NCBI RefSeq assembly: GCF_006345805.1
Contig: NC_043009.1
Span: 56,854,001-56,918,000 of the forward strand
DNA length: 64,000 bases
Origin: Octopus sinensis
Lineage: Eukaryota
Direction: 5' to 3'
The translations under genes and the position numbers were made by a program. Shown here in pieces: positions 24,327 to 37,559 of the stretch. Positions within the stretch are counted from its first letter, which is position 1; each line of letters begins with the position of its first letter. The notes below the pieces were generated by a model. The model saw only the letters and a program-made list of their open reading frames with translations, did not search any database and was not told the origin of the DNA.

Positions 24327-24427
24327 CAGACTAATGGGAAATCTGCAGACACTTCTCCCTGGTCTACGTCTGTAATTATTGAAGCTTTGGTTGTGTAATT
24401 AAGTACCTCGACATTAATCATGGGAAG
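24327..24427 (-). CDS. Hypothetical exon, 101 nt, phase 0-2 (LPMINVEVLNYTTKASIITDVDQGEVSADFPLVW)
   Basis: AACTCAG acceptor, GTATGG donor; one open frame with protein-like composition; family not identified. Confidence 0.3.
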
Positions 24428-24614
24428 CTGAGTTTTACAAAATCAGAAATTATGCTAATTAATGAAAATTGCAGTTACAAGCCATTAATGGAACTGTGAA
24501 AAGATGTAAAACAGTCCAAAGAGTTAACCTGACATAACTACATATACACTCGTATACACGTACAAATATACACTTATATACTGATCCACTTATGCAATGA
24601 TATCCACACTCATA

Positions 24615-24653
<39 letters not shown>

Positions 24654-24710
24654 TATATATTATATGTGTGTGTGTGTGTGTGTGTGTGTAGTGTGTGGGT
24701 GTGTGTGTGT

Positions 24711-25024
24711 GGAAGCGCAATGGCCCAGTGGTTAGGATAGCGGACTCGCGGTGTAGGATTGCGGTTTCGATTCCCAGACCGGACGTTTGTGAGTGTTTAT
24801 TGAGCGAAAACAGCTAAAGCTCCACGAGGCTCCGGCAGGGGGTAGTGGCGAACCCTGCCGTACTTTTCGTCACAACTTTCTCTCACTCTTTCTTCTGTTG
24901 GCCTGCTCGTTTAGCCAGCGGGTGGTGGCGTCATTTGAAGGCTAAAACAATGCGAAGCGCATTGTGACCAGCGATGTGTGTAGCAACATCTGATAGTCTG
25001 GTCGGTCACGGTGGTCACGGTGAT
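24711..25024 (+). mobile_element. SINE family C variant
   Basis: GGAAGCGCAATGGCCCAGTGGTTAGG..GGTTTCGATTCCC head; tail shared with 9206-9462. Confidence 0.8.
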
Positions 25025-25538
25025 ATATATATATATATAATATATATATAAATATATATATAATATATAATATATATACACGTCTGTATTTAAAAAATAA
25101 CCTTTTCTTCGTAAAGAAGTTTTCTTTTGTAGGGATATGTTTTCCAAACGAGCACCAGTTTTGCGCTATTATCGATTGATGATTCTGGATATCATTCGCG
25201 TTTATGTACTAATATTCTTGATTGGTTTGGTTAACCATTTTAGTACTTTTCACTTCCGAAAGTTCAGTTTCTCTAGGGAGACTTCATTATTTTCAATACA
25301 TGAGAAATAATTAATGGTTTAAAGAAAACAGAGTACACGTAGGATAATCATTTTTTTAATATGTGCTGTCAATTAATAAGTTCTTATATTTTTCGCTTAC
25401 GTTACGTTTCGGCCGACAATTTTTGAATTACTTTTAGAACAACATCCAGCACGCAGCTAAACAAAAGAACTAAAGGCTTACCATTCAGTCGGAATAAATT
25501 CTCCATTCAAGAAAAGTGAAAACAATAGAAGTCAAATA

Positions 25539-25630
25539 TGCCCAGAAGAGGCCAGTGTTTTATAACATCATAATGCACTTTAAAGGTGTAGATACGGACA
25601 ATAACAATTGGCCGAAATGTAATGTAGGCA
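25539..25630 (+). ncRNA. Decayed type I hammerhead motif in the PLE pseudo-LTR
   Basis: TGCC-CAGAAGA(U4A)-GGCC...GGCC-GAAA-TG TAA TG-TA|GGCA; the inverted copy retains ACG TAA CGT in stem III. Confidence 0.5.
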
Positions 25631-26220
25631 AAAAATGTAAGAACATATTAATTGACTGCATTATGGATTAAAAATGATTATCCTAAGTATATTCTCTAGA
25701 ACTCATAAAAACGATTATTTAAATTTTTAAAGGGATTTGGTCTATAACTATAGAAAAAGAATATAATTCAATTAATTTCTTAGATATGAACTGTAATTTA
25801 TTACCTGGAATACATGAACCATAAATGAAACCAAATTACAAATCAAAGTATATAAATTATCAAAGCAATCGCTCACCTATGTAAAAAGCATTAGTATATA
25901 ATATTAGTAAGAGAATTTCATATTTATCTTATAATGAAGATATATTTAATAGACATAAAGATCAATATGATTTGGCTTTAAGTAAAGCAGGATGTAAGAA
26001 TAAACTAGAATATATTAAAGATAATAATATTATAAATAAAATCAGTAAATTTGATAATAGGGATAATAATATAAAAACTAATGATAATAATAAAAATCAT
26101 AGATATATAAAGAAACCGAATGAAATTTAAAATGATATCTTAATGAATAAAAATAATTTTAGTGGTTTCAACAATAATAAAGTAGATAGTAATAAAATAA
26201 TATGGCTTATAATCCCATAT

Positions 26221-26612
26221 ACTCTTTTACTCTTTTACTTGTTTCAGTCATTTGACTACGGCCATGCTGGAGCACCACCTTTAGTCGAGCAAATCGACCC
26301 CGGGACTTATTCTTGTAAGCCCAGTACTTATTCTATCGGTCTCTTTTTGCCGAACCGCTAAGTGACGGGGACGTAAACACACCAGCATCGGTGGTCAAGC
26401 AATGCTAGGGGGACAAAACACAAACACACACACACACATACATATCTATATACATATATACGACAGGCTTCTTTCAGTTTCCGTCTACCAAATCCACTCA
26501 CAAGGCATTGGTCGGCCCGAAGCTATAGCAGAAGACACTTGCCCAAGATGCCACGCAGTGGGACTGAACCCGGAACCATGTGGTTGGTTAGCAAGCTACT
26601 CAACCACATGCC
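26221..26612 (-). mobile_element. SINE family A inserted in the PLE
   Basis: Near-identical to the reverse complement of 11621-12086. Confidence 0.9.
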
Positions 26613-26879
26613 ATTAAATAAGAACTAATTTGGTAAAATGTATTTATAGGCTAATTAATAAGCATTTCAATATAAATAATAGATATTATGAAATTATTAA
26701 CAATAAAAAAATAAAGATAGGATATAGTTTAACTCATAACTTAGCTACTATCATAGCTTCTATAAATAATAAAAAAATTAGATTTATTTTATTCAAATAG
26801 AGAATGTGTTAATAATAACCCCCCTAATGCCAGGGCCAATGTAGAAGATATAGAATGGAAACTAAAACAATAAATTATT

Positions 26880-27200
26880 TTATATTGGTTTAATTTGGGT
26901 TTTGATGTATATATACAATTTATTTTTCTATCTCCCTATAGAATTGGATTCGTTTTTCGTTTTGTTTTGTAAGTATCGATAAGTATATGTATGTGAGTAA
27001 ATGGATAACGGGGTATATATGTAGATATAACGTATTTATCTTAGTTAATTTGTTGTTTTGGTTCACTGTTAGTATGTGGAACATTTCCTTTGTATTGTAC
27101 TACGTTGCCTCTGTTGTATGTATATATGTAAATGGTTTCTTTTTCGTTGACGATATCGAATTGATTTTGTTTTTCGTTTTGTTTCTATAAACGGAAAAAT
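26880..27200 (-). pseudogene. Penelope-like GIY-YIG endonuclease remnant
   Basis: Minus-strand fragments KQQIN and YREIEK*IVYTSKPKLN resemble the PLE endonuclease C-terminus. Confidence 0.4.
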
Positions 27201-27420
27201 AGTTATCTCCCGAAAAAATTTTGTTCTACATTAGTTATAAATTGAATAGTGTTCACTTCCGGATTCTGTCACTCTGTGAAAGTTTCTAGTTCGAATCACA
27301 CGTGTCTCGAGATGTGCCGAAGATTTTTCTATTTTGGATATATTTGGGGTACTTAGGTTTGCTCAGGACTTAGTGCTTGCTTTTTCCATGGGTATGAGTA
27401 AGTATTTCACTTATATCTCG

Positions 27421-27491
27421 CGTATTTGCCGCTGAAGAGGGGAAAATTGCTTATTAATTAACCCCGAAATTGAACCAATACGGTAATAACG
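27421..27491 (+). ncRNA. Type I hammerhead ribozyme with consensus core
   Basis: Stem I CGTATTTGCCG/CGGTAATAACG; core CTGAAGA; stem II GGGG/CCCC with a 19-nt loop; GAAA; stem III ATTG-AAC-CAAT; triplet ATA, cleavage after 27480. Confidence 0.75.
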
Positions 27492-27701
27492 AATTTTTTA
27501 GAAATTTCTATCGGTTTGTTTTCGAGACGCATAAATTATAATGGTTATTGAAAAGTTTTGTCTTTTTTTCGGCATATTTGGCATTAGAATTTTTCTTTTG
27601 CCCTTATCTTGTAAATTATTTATAAATTTAACCTTTAAAGGTATTTTTTGATATGCTGGCCATGATAAAATTTTCTCGAAAAAATTTTATCCTACATTAG
27701 T

Positions 27702-27814
<113 letters not shown>

Positions 27815-28374
27815 GAATAACCAAACTTGTGTATGTGTATATGCATCTGTATATACGTACGTGTGTGTGTGTATGTATACATAAATGATAGGTGTGTGTG
27901 TAGATATAAGTATGTATAAATAGGTATATGTGAACGCGTGTATTGTGTAAAAAGAATCGGTTATAGGTTTAAATTTATGAATTTACCTAATTTCAGTTAG
28001 ATTATTTACTTATTTATGATTGAGCTCGCTTTTATAAAACGTTTTTAGGAATTATAAATATTTTTAATTGATATTTGTCGTCAAATATTTAAGCAAATAT
28101 GTCTATCTGATGAAGCATCATTACATATTTAAACAGATTTGATTATTCTTGAAACCTTAGTTTTATTAATGAAGAGGAAACAGCTATAATTTACGAGATG
28201 TGTTGTCATTTGTTTGTATAAGATATTTAAATTGAATTGAATTTATAATTCTTCAATTTATTGTTTTGTTTTCTATTTCTTATATATATTTATTTATTTA
28301 TTGTCCACAGGCTACTAAATATAGAAGAGACAAACAAGGACAGACATCGGACAAGGACAAACAAGGACAGATAT

Positions 28375-28530
28375 CGACCCCAGTGCGTAACTAGTACTTA
28401 TTTAATCGACCCCGAAAGGATGAAAGGAAAAGTCGACCTCGGTGGAATTTGAACTCAGAACGTAACGGCAGACGAAATACCACTAAGCATTTCGTCCGGC
28501 ATGCTAACGATTCTGCCAGCTCGCCGCTCT
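28375..28530 (-). mobile_element. SINE family B
   Basis: Reverse complement of the family B consensus. Confidence 0.8.
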
Positions 28531-28567
<37 letters not shown>

Positions 28568-28664
28568 TACTCTACCACTGGTATTTGAGTACTCTTTTTT
28601 CCACCCTGTTTCACATTTATGTGTTTACTCCGGTAATACATTATATATATATATATATATATAT

Positions 28665-28760
<96 letters not shown>

Positions 28761-29661
28761 TTAACAAATGCATATATACACACATGCGAACTATACATGC
28801 ATGCAACCATACAGACAGCTGTACACGCATATACATATATACAGACAGACACACACTCACACACACACATACACACACACAGACGCATTCATACACATTC
28901 ATACACATACATAAATACGTACGCCTATAAATTCTCACATACACACAAGTATACGTATATTCATATATTCAAATGTGCATATATGCATACACGCGCGTAC
29001 AATATGTGTGTGTATGCATACATACAAAAATACACATACATTCATACATACATACATATACATATATGCATACACAAACTATACCCACTTCATGCATATA
29101 TTAATGTCTCGTGTATCTCATTATCAAACAACAAATGTTTGATTGTCCAACATTTGTTACGGAATAAGCAATTTAATTCTTGATGAGATTTCAACATTTC
29201 GACAATTTTATTTTTTTCAAACGGGTTATTTTTCCTATATGTATTTAGACTTTGAAGAAATTAATTTTTTTTTCTTCTTAATTATTATATTGTTTTCGCT
29301 GAGGGTATTGTAGAGGTGGTGGTTGCTTTTAGTTGAAAAATGTGTTAAAATAATTATAAGGTATTGAAACAGTCATTGCAATAGTCCGTTGTAGAAAATA
29401 TGTTGAGAAAATTTTCCCACTCAACGTTCATTTTCTCACAATATCCTACGGTCTTCCGCCTACTTATCTTTACAGGATACGTTCGACCACCCTCATATCA
29501 TTTACTCACTATTTAAGCATTTTTATCAAGATACAATTGAAGTCCTTTATCCGAAATCCCAAAATCTGACAGCTCCAAACTCCGGAAGATTTTTGAACAT
29601 TGACATGACATGCCACCAGTGGAAAATTCCACATGTTTCTTTACAACAACCTGACGGTTAA

Positions 29662-29879
29662 TCCTTTAGTATTCAAATTATTTTGTTAAATGTTATTCTT
29701 ATCTGTTCACATTGTTTTGAATTTGTCACACATTATCTCATAGCTTTGAGATTTTAGTGATATGATTGTTTATTTTTAGAATGACATTGTAGGGTTAGTG
29801 TGAGAGCTCTAATCTGCCCGGTTTGAACATAGAGCAGGAAGAATATTTGTCTGATATGGCTTGTTTGAATGCTAAAATG
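29662..29879. mobile_element. TTAA-flanked (piggyBac-type) MITE
   Basis: TTAA at 29658-61 and 29880-83; degenerate TIRs CCTTTAGTATTCA / TGAATGCTAAAATG. Confidence 0.6.
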
Positions 29880-30722
29880 TTAAGTGAACTCATTATTACT
29901 TAGACATTACCTTAAAAATAAAATTCTGACTTTTTCAGCTTTCACTTTATTTGCTGCAATCATGTTCAAACCTTTGTTTCTATGCCTTACGTAAAAGCAA
30001 ATACCCATATAGCAAAACATAAAATACAAATGGCCTAAGTGTACAGTAACTTTTTAATCAAAACATTTCATCGTAGACCGAGACTGATATCTTAACTTTC
30101 TAATGGTATTATGTATAAAATATTATTAAAAATTTATATAAGACTATATTCAGGGTATATGTATAAGGTATATTATGAAATGTAAATGAATATCGTGCTT
30201 AGACTTAGGTCCCATCAACAAGCTGTCCCATTTTACAGATGCAAATGTAAAAATACACCGAAAACTCAAAGTCAGAAATAGTCTCGGTCACATAGATTTC
30301 GAATAAGGGATCTTCAACTGTATTATATCATATTATGTATTATCCATTATAACTGATGATTGCTGAATACGGGTATTATTATGTATTATCCACTATAGTT
30401 TCAGCAACAGAAAGTGCCCTTTATGTTGTGAGTTGGAGTCTCGCCGAAGTCAACATTGCCCTTAAACTTTCCGGGATCGATAAAATACAATACCAGTGAA
30501 GTACTGGAGTCGATGGCATCGACTAAGCGCACTCTTCAGAACTACTGGTCTTCTACTAAAATCAGAAACAATTATTATAATTATCATTTTTAGTTTTCTT
30601 CTCTTTTCTGCCCAAGCCCCTAATTATGCCCCTAATTAAACTTACTATAAAATTTTTAATTTTAAATTTCAGTTATTAGAGATATGGAATGGATAGAGAG
30701 AGTGAATTAATAGATAGAGAGA

Positions 30723-30762
<40 letters not shown>

Positions 30763-30814
30763 AGATATGGGTAGATAGACAGACAGACAAACACAGAGAG
30801 ACAGACAGACAGAC

Positions 30815-30889
<75 letters not shown>

Positions 30890-30918
30890 GAGATAGATAG
30901 ATAGATAGATAGATAGAT

Positions 30919-30981
<63 letters not shown>

Positions 30982-31354
30982 TCAGTCAAAAGGTTCTGTA
31001 GATCTTCGGTCTCCTGGCCTGGAACAGTATATCAATGTATCTAGGATACATCGAACTATTGTTGTCTAATCAACAACCAAGTGTCACATCTAACAAACAT
31101 TGCCAATTAATCCAATCTACATCAAAGGTCTGTTTCGCTGACACCGAGAGATTGTTTCAGTTTAAATATTCAGAGAATTAATCAAATCTCTGACGCAATT
31201 CATAAATTATTCAATAAGTTAGGATTGTTGAAAGAATACATTTCAAAATATGAACAATTAAACAGGAAGAGGATATAATGTAGAAGTAGTCAAAGCAGTC
31301 GATAATGTTTAATATCCCGTCTGTATATTTTCATGTTAATATTATTGCTCAATG

Positions 31355-31745
31355 ATAAGGCGGCGAACTGGCAGAATCGTTAGCATGTTGAGCGAAGCAT
31401 GTCGGGTGGTATTTTGTCTGTCCTTACGTTCTGAGTTCCAATTCTGAGTCGACTTTGCCTTTCATCCTTTCGGGGTCGATAAATTAAGTACCAGTTACGT
31501 ACTAGGGTCGATCTAATCGACTGGCCCCCTTCCCAAAAATTTCGGGCTTTGTGCATAGACTAGGAAAGAATATTATTGCTCAATGATGAGGTAGCGCGGT
31601 GGCAGAATCGTTTACGTTCTCAGTTCAAATTCCAATGAGGTCCACTTTGTTCCACATACATTTGAGGTCGATAAAATAAGTACCAGTTGGTTTAATTGAC
31701 ATTCAAAATGTCAAAATTTGTGCCAAAATTTGAAACCAATGTTAT
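31355..31745 (+). mobile_element. Two SINE family B copies
   Basis: GGCGGCGAACTGGCAGAATCGTTAGC...; a second degenerate copy starts at about 31590. Confidence 0.75.
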
Positions 31746-31799
31746 TGCCCAATGGGTGTGCATGGCTTAGTAGTTAGGATATTGTATTCATGATCGTGC

Positions 31800-32290
31800 G
31801 CTTCCTCCCTCTCCTCGGAACTTTCCAGAAGTACTCCCTCCTCCACTCGAGACTTTCCAGGAAGTGCTTCCTCCCCTCCTCGGAACTTTCCAGGAAGTAA
31901 TTCATACCTTCCTCTGAACTTTCCAGGAGATCCTTCCTCCACCTCTTCGGAACTTTCCGGGAAGGCCTTCCTCTCCCTCCTCGAAACTTTCTAGAAATTC
32001 CTTCCTCCCCTTCCTCGCCCTCCTCGGAACTTTCCAGGAAGTCATTCCTCCTCGCCTCGGAACTTTCCAGGAAGTCATTCTCCTCCTCGGAACTTTCCGG
32101 GAAGGCCTTCACCCTCCTCCTCCGAACTTTCCAGGAAATCCTCACTCCCAAATCCTCACTCCCCTTCCTCCACCTCCTCGGAATTTTCCATGAATTCCTT
32201 CCTCCTCTCCTCGGTACTTTCCAGGAAGTCCTTCATCCCCTTTTCCAGGAAGTCAGTCATCACCCTTTTTCCAGGAAGTCCTCCCTCCCC
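31800..32290. repeat. Pyrimidine-rich ~30-35-bp minisatellite with palindromic TTCCRGGAA core
   Basis: Ten TTCC(A/G)GGAA plus one TTCCATGAA counted; unit CTCCTCGGAACTTTCCAGGAAG. Confidence 0.85.
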
Positions 32291-32849
32291 TTCCGCCCCT
32301 TTTTACTCCCACTTATTCACTCTCCTCGGAAAAGTCCGAAGTGAGGATTAAAAGGGCGAAATTTTCTGGAGAAAGGCAAGGAGGGTCTGGAAAGAGGGTC
32401 TGGAAAGCCAAGAGGGTCTGGAAATCCGAAGAGATATTGAAAAGTCAGAGGATAGGTGTGAATGGGGTGTATAAATGGGAGAAATCTTCCTGGAAAACTT
32501 CCCCTCCTCCACTTCCTTCCTTCCTCTCCTTTCTCCCCTTCCTTCCTCTCCTTCATCCCCGTCCTTCTCTTCCTCACGTACCACCCCTTTCCCCCCTTAC
32601 CCTTGCTCCTTTCGTCCTCGTTCTCTCCATCCTTTCCTTCCTCCCCTTCCTCCATTTTTCTGGAAGTTAACAATTTTTGTGGAGGTTATGAGGTAACAAA
32701 CTCGGTGGATTATGAAACTAATTATGCCTTTTTTCAATAAAAGTTAGCGTTAACGGATTAAACTTAACTTCCGTTACATTTCCAAAGAGTTAACGGATTA
32801 AGGATTAAGGAAGTTAACTTTTCTATTAGCGGTACTCACCTCTGTATAC

Positions 32850-32928
<79 letters not shown>

Positions 32929-33654
32929 TGTGTATATATACATACATCTTTATATACCTATGTATGTATAATATACATGAGTATTGTATAAGTACACACA
33001 GATCCGCGTGTGCTGTCACATGTACACGAACACATATTCACACATGCACATATACTCACACACACACACAATGTGTGTGTCATTACGTGTCCACAGCATG
33101 TGGCTCTATAATTCATGGATAATCGATAAACTAGTTTTGGGATTGATTGGGCCCCAGGTGGTCTGAAACAACAGCTTCACGGTCGATCGATACTCACTTG
33201 TCATTTAATCAAGTTTAAGTAGAGTAGCTTAAAGTCTATGGAATGGAAAGATGTTTTTGATATCACTGTTACCATGGATACTGCGGGACTATTGCGTAGG
33301 ATATCTTTTATCATATCGGTTTACGCGTGGGATGACAAAGAGTATGAGCGCTGAACTAAATTCATTCACACATGCGCGTGCACATACACACGCACATACA
33401 CTCACCCACACACACATATATATATATAGATATATACATACATATACATATACACACATATCTATGTAAATCTCCTGCCTATGGATTACACTGGAGTCCT
33501 CTGTTGATGAAAAATCGCTCCAATACAACATGACGTCTGAAGCTTTTGAGCCTTTTGAACTTTTCGTAACTTTTCTATACTTTTTTATATTTTTCATACT
33601 TTCTAAACGTGTTTTTTTTTTGTAGTCCCTACACATTCTTTATTTTCTCACCTT

Positions 33655-33696
33655 GTTCCTTTCTGTGGAAGAGCGTAGGCACGAAACGTTAAAGAC
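33655..33696 (+). ncRNA. Hammerhead-like motif with non-canonical position 6 (T), in a short PLE-type repeat
   Basis: CTTT-CTGTGGA-A-GAGC GTAG GCAC-GAAA-CGTT-AAAG; paralogous to 48821-48859. Confidence 0.35.
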
Positions 33697-33782
33697 TTTT
33701 TTACTTCCCGAGCGTTAAACTAATACATCTGTTTGTTGTCTACACCACCTGTCTTCGTTTTTTGTTTTTTTTTGTGAATTCT

Positions 33783-33784
<2 letters not shown>

Positions 33785-33817
<33 letters not shown>

Positions 33818-33900
33818 TATATGTATATACATGTATATATACATGTGTGTGTACATATATACATCTATATATCTATATATACACACACATATATATGTAT

Positions 33901-33931
<31 letters not shown>

Positions 33932-34225
33932 CGTACATACATATACACATATACATATATATACATACATACATCTATCTATATATATATATATACATAT
34001 ATAGATATATACATACATAAATATATATATACATATATTGATGTATATATATATATTTATATATGTGTATATATATATATATGTACATATATATATATAC
34101 GTACATATGCATACATATATACATATATATGCACATACATCCATATATATATATATACATACATACGTACATACATATACATACATATATATACATACAT
34201 ACATATACATACATACATACATTAT

Positions 34226-34280
<55 letters not shown>
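33785..34280. repeat. (TA)n/(TACA)n compound array
   Basis: Direct inspection. Confidence 0.95.
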
Positions 34281-34283
<3 letters not shown>

Positions 34284-34359
34284 CTTTAATGGTTCGGTCT
34301 GGTAGTGAGATTCAAACGGTTATTGACTATAAGAGAAACATGAGAAGAAATAGATAGAC

Positions 34360-34437
<78 letters not shown>

Positions 34438-34602
34438 TGAAAGAAAGAGAGAGAGGAGGCGAGATAGGGAGAGGTTGTTCTAGGAAGAAAGGACTATTGT
34501 ACATTATATAGGCGATGGAAAGTTAAATTGTTATGTAATGGTGCTCAGTACATTTCACAGTTCTGTCCAATTTAAAACTGTTAGTTTCTTTTTGTTTGTA
34601 CA

Positions 34603-34990
34603 TCTTTATATATAAAAGTAAGGTTGTGTGTCTGTCTACTCCGATTTAGATTCCTAACTACTCCCACATTTTGCGGTGCAGTTTAACCAAAACCGGGTAC
34701 TTTATAGTCGGGATTCATATCGAGCCCTTCTGGGTATTAGCGCGCGTCTACGATGAGTCTACGATTTTAAAAATAATTTACCATCATTTTTTTCCATTTT
34801 AATGCATATTTTTTAAGGGAAGTAACTCTCTAAAAATGTCTACGATGAGTCAACGACTTTTAAAAAAATTTACCATCATATTTTTTCCATTTTTAATGCA
34901 ATTTTTTGCTATTTTTTGGCTATAATTCTCTAAAAATGCTTTATAGTTATTTCCCTTACAAACCCGAGCAACGCCGGGCGATACTGCTAG
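34603..34990 (+). mobile_element. Non-autonomous Helitron (same family as 16044, with an internal duplication)
   Basis: A|TCTTTATATATAAAA start; CCCGAGCAACGCCGGG hairpin; CTAG|T end. Confidence 0.85.
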
Positions 34991-35195
34991 TTTTTTATAA
35001 GATTTGAAGAAAATGAAACGAAAACGAGGAAGAAAGAATAGTAGTTATAGTAACAGTGGTTTTATTATTATATAACTGTTCAATATTTGGTAGATTGAGG
35101 CAAATTTCTACTGCATCACCTGCTAAACCTCCGTGTTGCTAGAGTGTATGCAGTAATATGTGTTCTCTTCTGCGGTGGGCAGTGTGCAAACTCTT

Positions 35196-35583
35196 ACTCT
35201 TTTACTTGTTTCAGTCATTTGACTGCGGCTATGCTGGAGCACCGCCTTTAGTCGATCAAATCGAACCCGGGACTTATTCTTTGTAAGCCCAGTATTTATT
35301 CTATCGGTCTCTCTTGCCAAACCGCTAAGTGACGGGGACGTAAACACACCAGCATCGGTTGTCAAGCAATGCTAGGGGGACAAACACAGACACACAAACA
35401 CACACATGTATATATATATACATATATACGACAGGCTTCTTTTCAGTTTCCGTCTACCAAATCCACTCACAAGGCTTTGGTCGGCCCGGGGCTATAGCAG
35501 AAGACACTTGCCCAAGATGCCACGCAGTGAGACTGAACCCGGAACCATGTGGTTGGTTAGCAAGCTACTTACCACACAGCCAC
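35196..35583 (-). mobile_element. SINE family A
   Basis: Near-identical to the other young copies. Confidence 0.9.
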
Positions 35584-35912
35584 TCTTCCCGCCTCTGTAT
35601 TTACTGTATTGTGTTAGTTTGTTTTTTTTCCTCTTGAAGCGTGGTACAGTCTATTGTATGTTGAGTGTGTAATGCTTTGATTTTCCAGCTTGCTGGTGGA
35701 AGTTTATTTCACTGGGTAAATGTTGTGTAGAGTGTCTTGTATTTGTGCTTTTTTTTTGTTTAGGTTGTATTATTGGATTGACTGTGTCTTGTGTAGGACG
35801 TGGGCTGATTCTATCAGGGCTGTTTTGGACAGTGTGTAGTGTTGAGGATCCAGGTATAGCTTCTACGTTTTTGTTCATATTTTATTATTATTATTATTAT
35901 TATTATCATTAC

Positions 35913-35964
<52 letters not shown>

Positions 35965-35965
<1 letters not shown>

Positions 35966-36262
35966 GGGCGGCGAGCTGGCAGTATTGATAGCACGCTGGA
36001 CTAAATGCTTAGCGGTATTTCGTCTGCCGTTACGTTCTGAGTTCAAATTCCGCCGAGGTCGACTTTGCCTTTCATCCTGTCCGTGTTTGTCCCCTCTATG
36101 TTTAGACCTTTGTGGGTAATAAAGAAATAGGTATTTCGTCTGCCGCTTTGACTTCCATCCTTTCGCGGTCGATAAATTAAGTACCAGTTACGCACTGGGG
36201 TCGATATAATCGACTGCCCCCCTCTCCCAAAATTTTGGGCCTTGTGCTTAGAGTAGAAAAGA
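35965..36262 (+). mobile_element. SINE family B with partial internal duplication, between (ATT)n arrays
   Basis: GGCGGCGAGCTGGCAG head; repeated GGTATTTCGTCTGCCG segment. Confidence 0.8.
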
Positions 36263-36299
36263 TTATTATTATTATTATTGTTATTATTATTATTATTAT

Positions 36300-36360
<61 letters not shown>

Positions 36361-36389
36361 GGTGGTGGTGGAGGTGGTGGTGGTGGTGA

Positions 36390-36421
<32 letters not shown>

Positions 36422-37559
36422 GCAGCAGCAGCAGCACAACAAGAACAAGGATAAGAAGAAGGTGGAGGAGGCGGAGGATTAGCATTCGTAGTCATTCCAT
36501 GTTTTCCGCGTACATAAAATCCTTAATCTTTTTGACATTGTGCTGTACTTGGAGATCAAGTACAAATTCACTGAAGTAATTCTCACAGAATAATATTTCT
36601 AAGTGTTTCAAAGTTTAACAAATTTTAAAATAATGATAATAAACATTTTCTTAACTTGTTTTGTTAATCAAATTTGTGTGAAACATGAGCTTGATTCTTT
36701 TAGTATATTTTTTCTTAGGTTGGAGCGCAAGTGCGATAAACAGACTCACGTTTCTTCCTTGACGCACAGAATAGTTTCAACCTCCCCACCACCACCACTG
36801 TTTTGATTTGCGCTTAATGTTGGTTAGCGAAGAAAGATTTTTTTCTTTAGCTTCTGAAGGATGTTGGGATATTCCTTTCTGGTGAAAAGCCAAAACACTT
36901 TAAAGACAGTTTCCCATATTTGGTTTTTTAGTCTACAATCACAATTATTCTTCCTACATCCGTAGGAAGTCCTGTGAACTGGTTTCGAGTCTAACAATAT
37001 ATACTCTGTGCAAAATAAAACCTCATTTTCTCTTCTAAAGTTGTTAAATGCTCAACTGTGCTAAGAGACAATTAAAATATATGTATTTTACTTATTAAAG
37101 AAAATATTTTTAAAATTACCAGCTCAAGATTTTCTTTTCCAAATTGGTATTCTTTTCCTCGAACGATGTTTGGCTATTTTCAGATTTGAAGATATTTAAA
37201 TTTTTATCTAGCATATAATTCAGGTTGTGACAGACCGGCGTCCCGTCCAGGTGAAGAACCTATACGCCAATGAGACCGGGAAACCGGCCCTTATGATCCA
37301 GGCATGGATCGTGAAGGAACAAACAATATAATTCAGGCTATTTAAAGGGCTGAAAAACGCTTCTCGGTATTCCAGGCTAGAAATCTAAACTTTGCATTCC
37401 AGCGGGGGTTTTTTGTTTGTTTTTTGTTTTGTTTACTTCTTCAAAGACTGTAAATATCTCTTTTCAGCGCTCCTGCTCACAACAGGACCATCCTGATTCT
37501 CCTTTACAGCCGACCAACAGCGGCTTAACACACATACACACACATACATATTACTACCT

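Larger units (their letters stand above)
25330..26870 (+). mobile_element. Penelope-like retroelement remnant (inverted pseudo-LTR piece, RT C-terminus and linker), interrupted by a SINE
   Basis: EKEYNSINFLDMNCNL..EP*MKPNYKSKYINYQSN..SKRISYLSYNEDIF..YDLALSKAG; KIIW..PY; TNLVKCIYRLINKHF..KIKIGYSLTHNLATII; 25364-25412 is an inverted copy of 25611-25660. Confidence 0.75.

Noticed and set aside
28095-28215. CTGATGA...GAAAC and ATGAAGAGG...GAGA hammerhead-like strings
   Set aside because: Stems I and II cannot be paired convincingly; too decayed to call.
31742-32740. ESSEE-repeat and Pro/Ser-rich ORFs
   Set aside because: By-product of the TTCCAGGAAG minisatellite; open in several frames on both strands.
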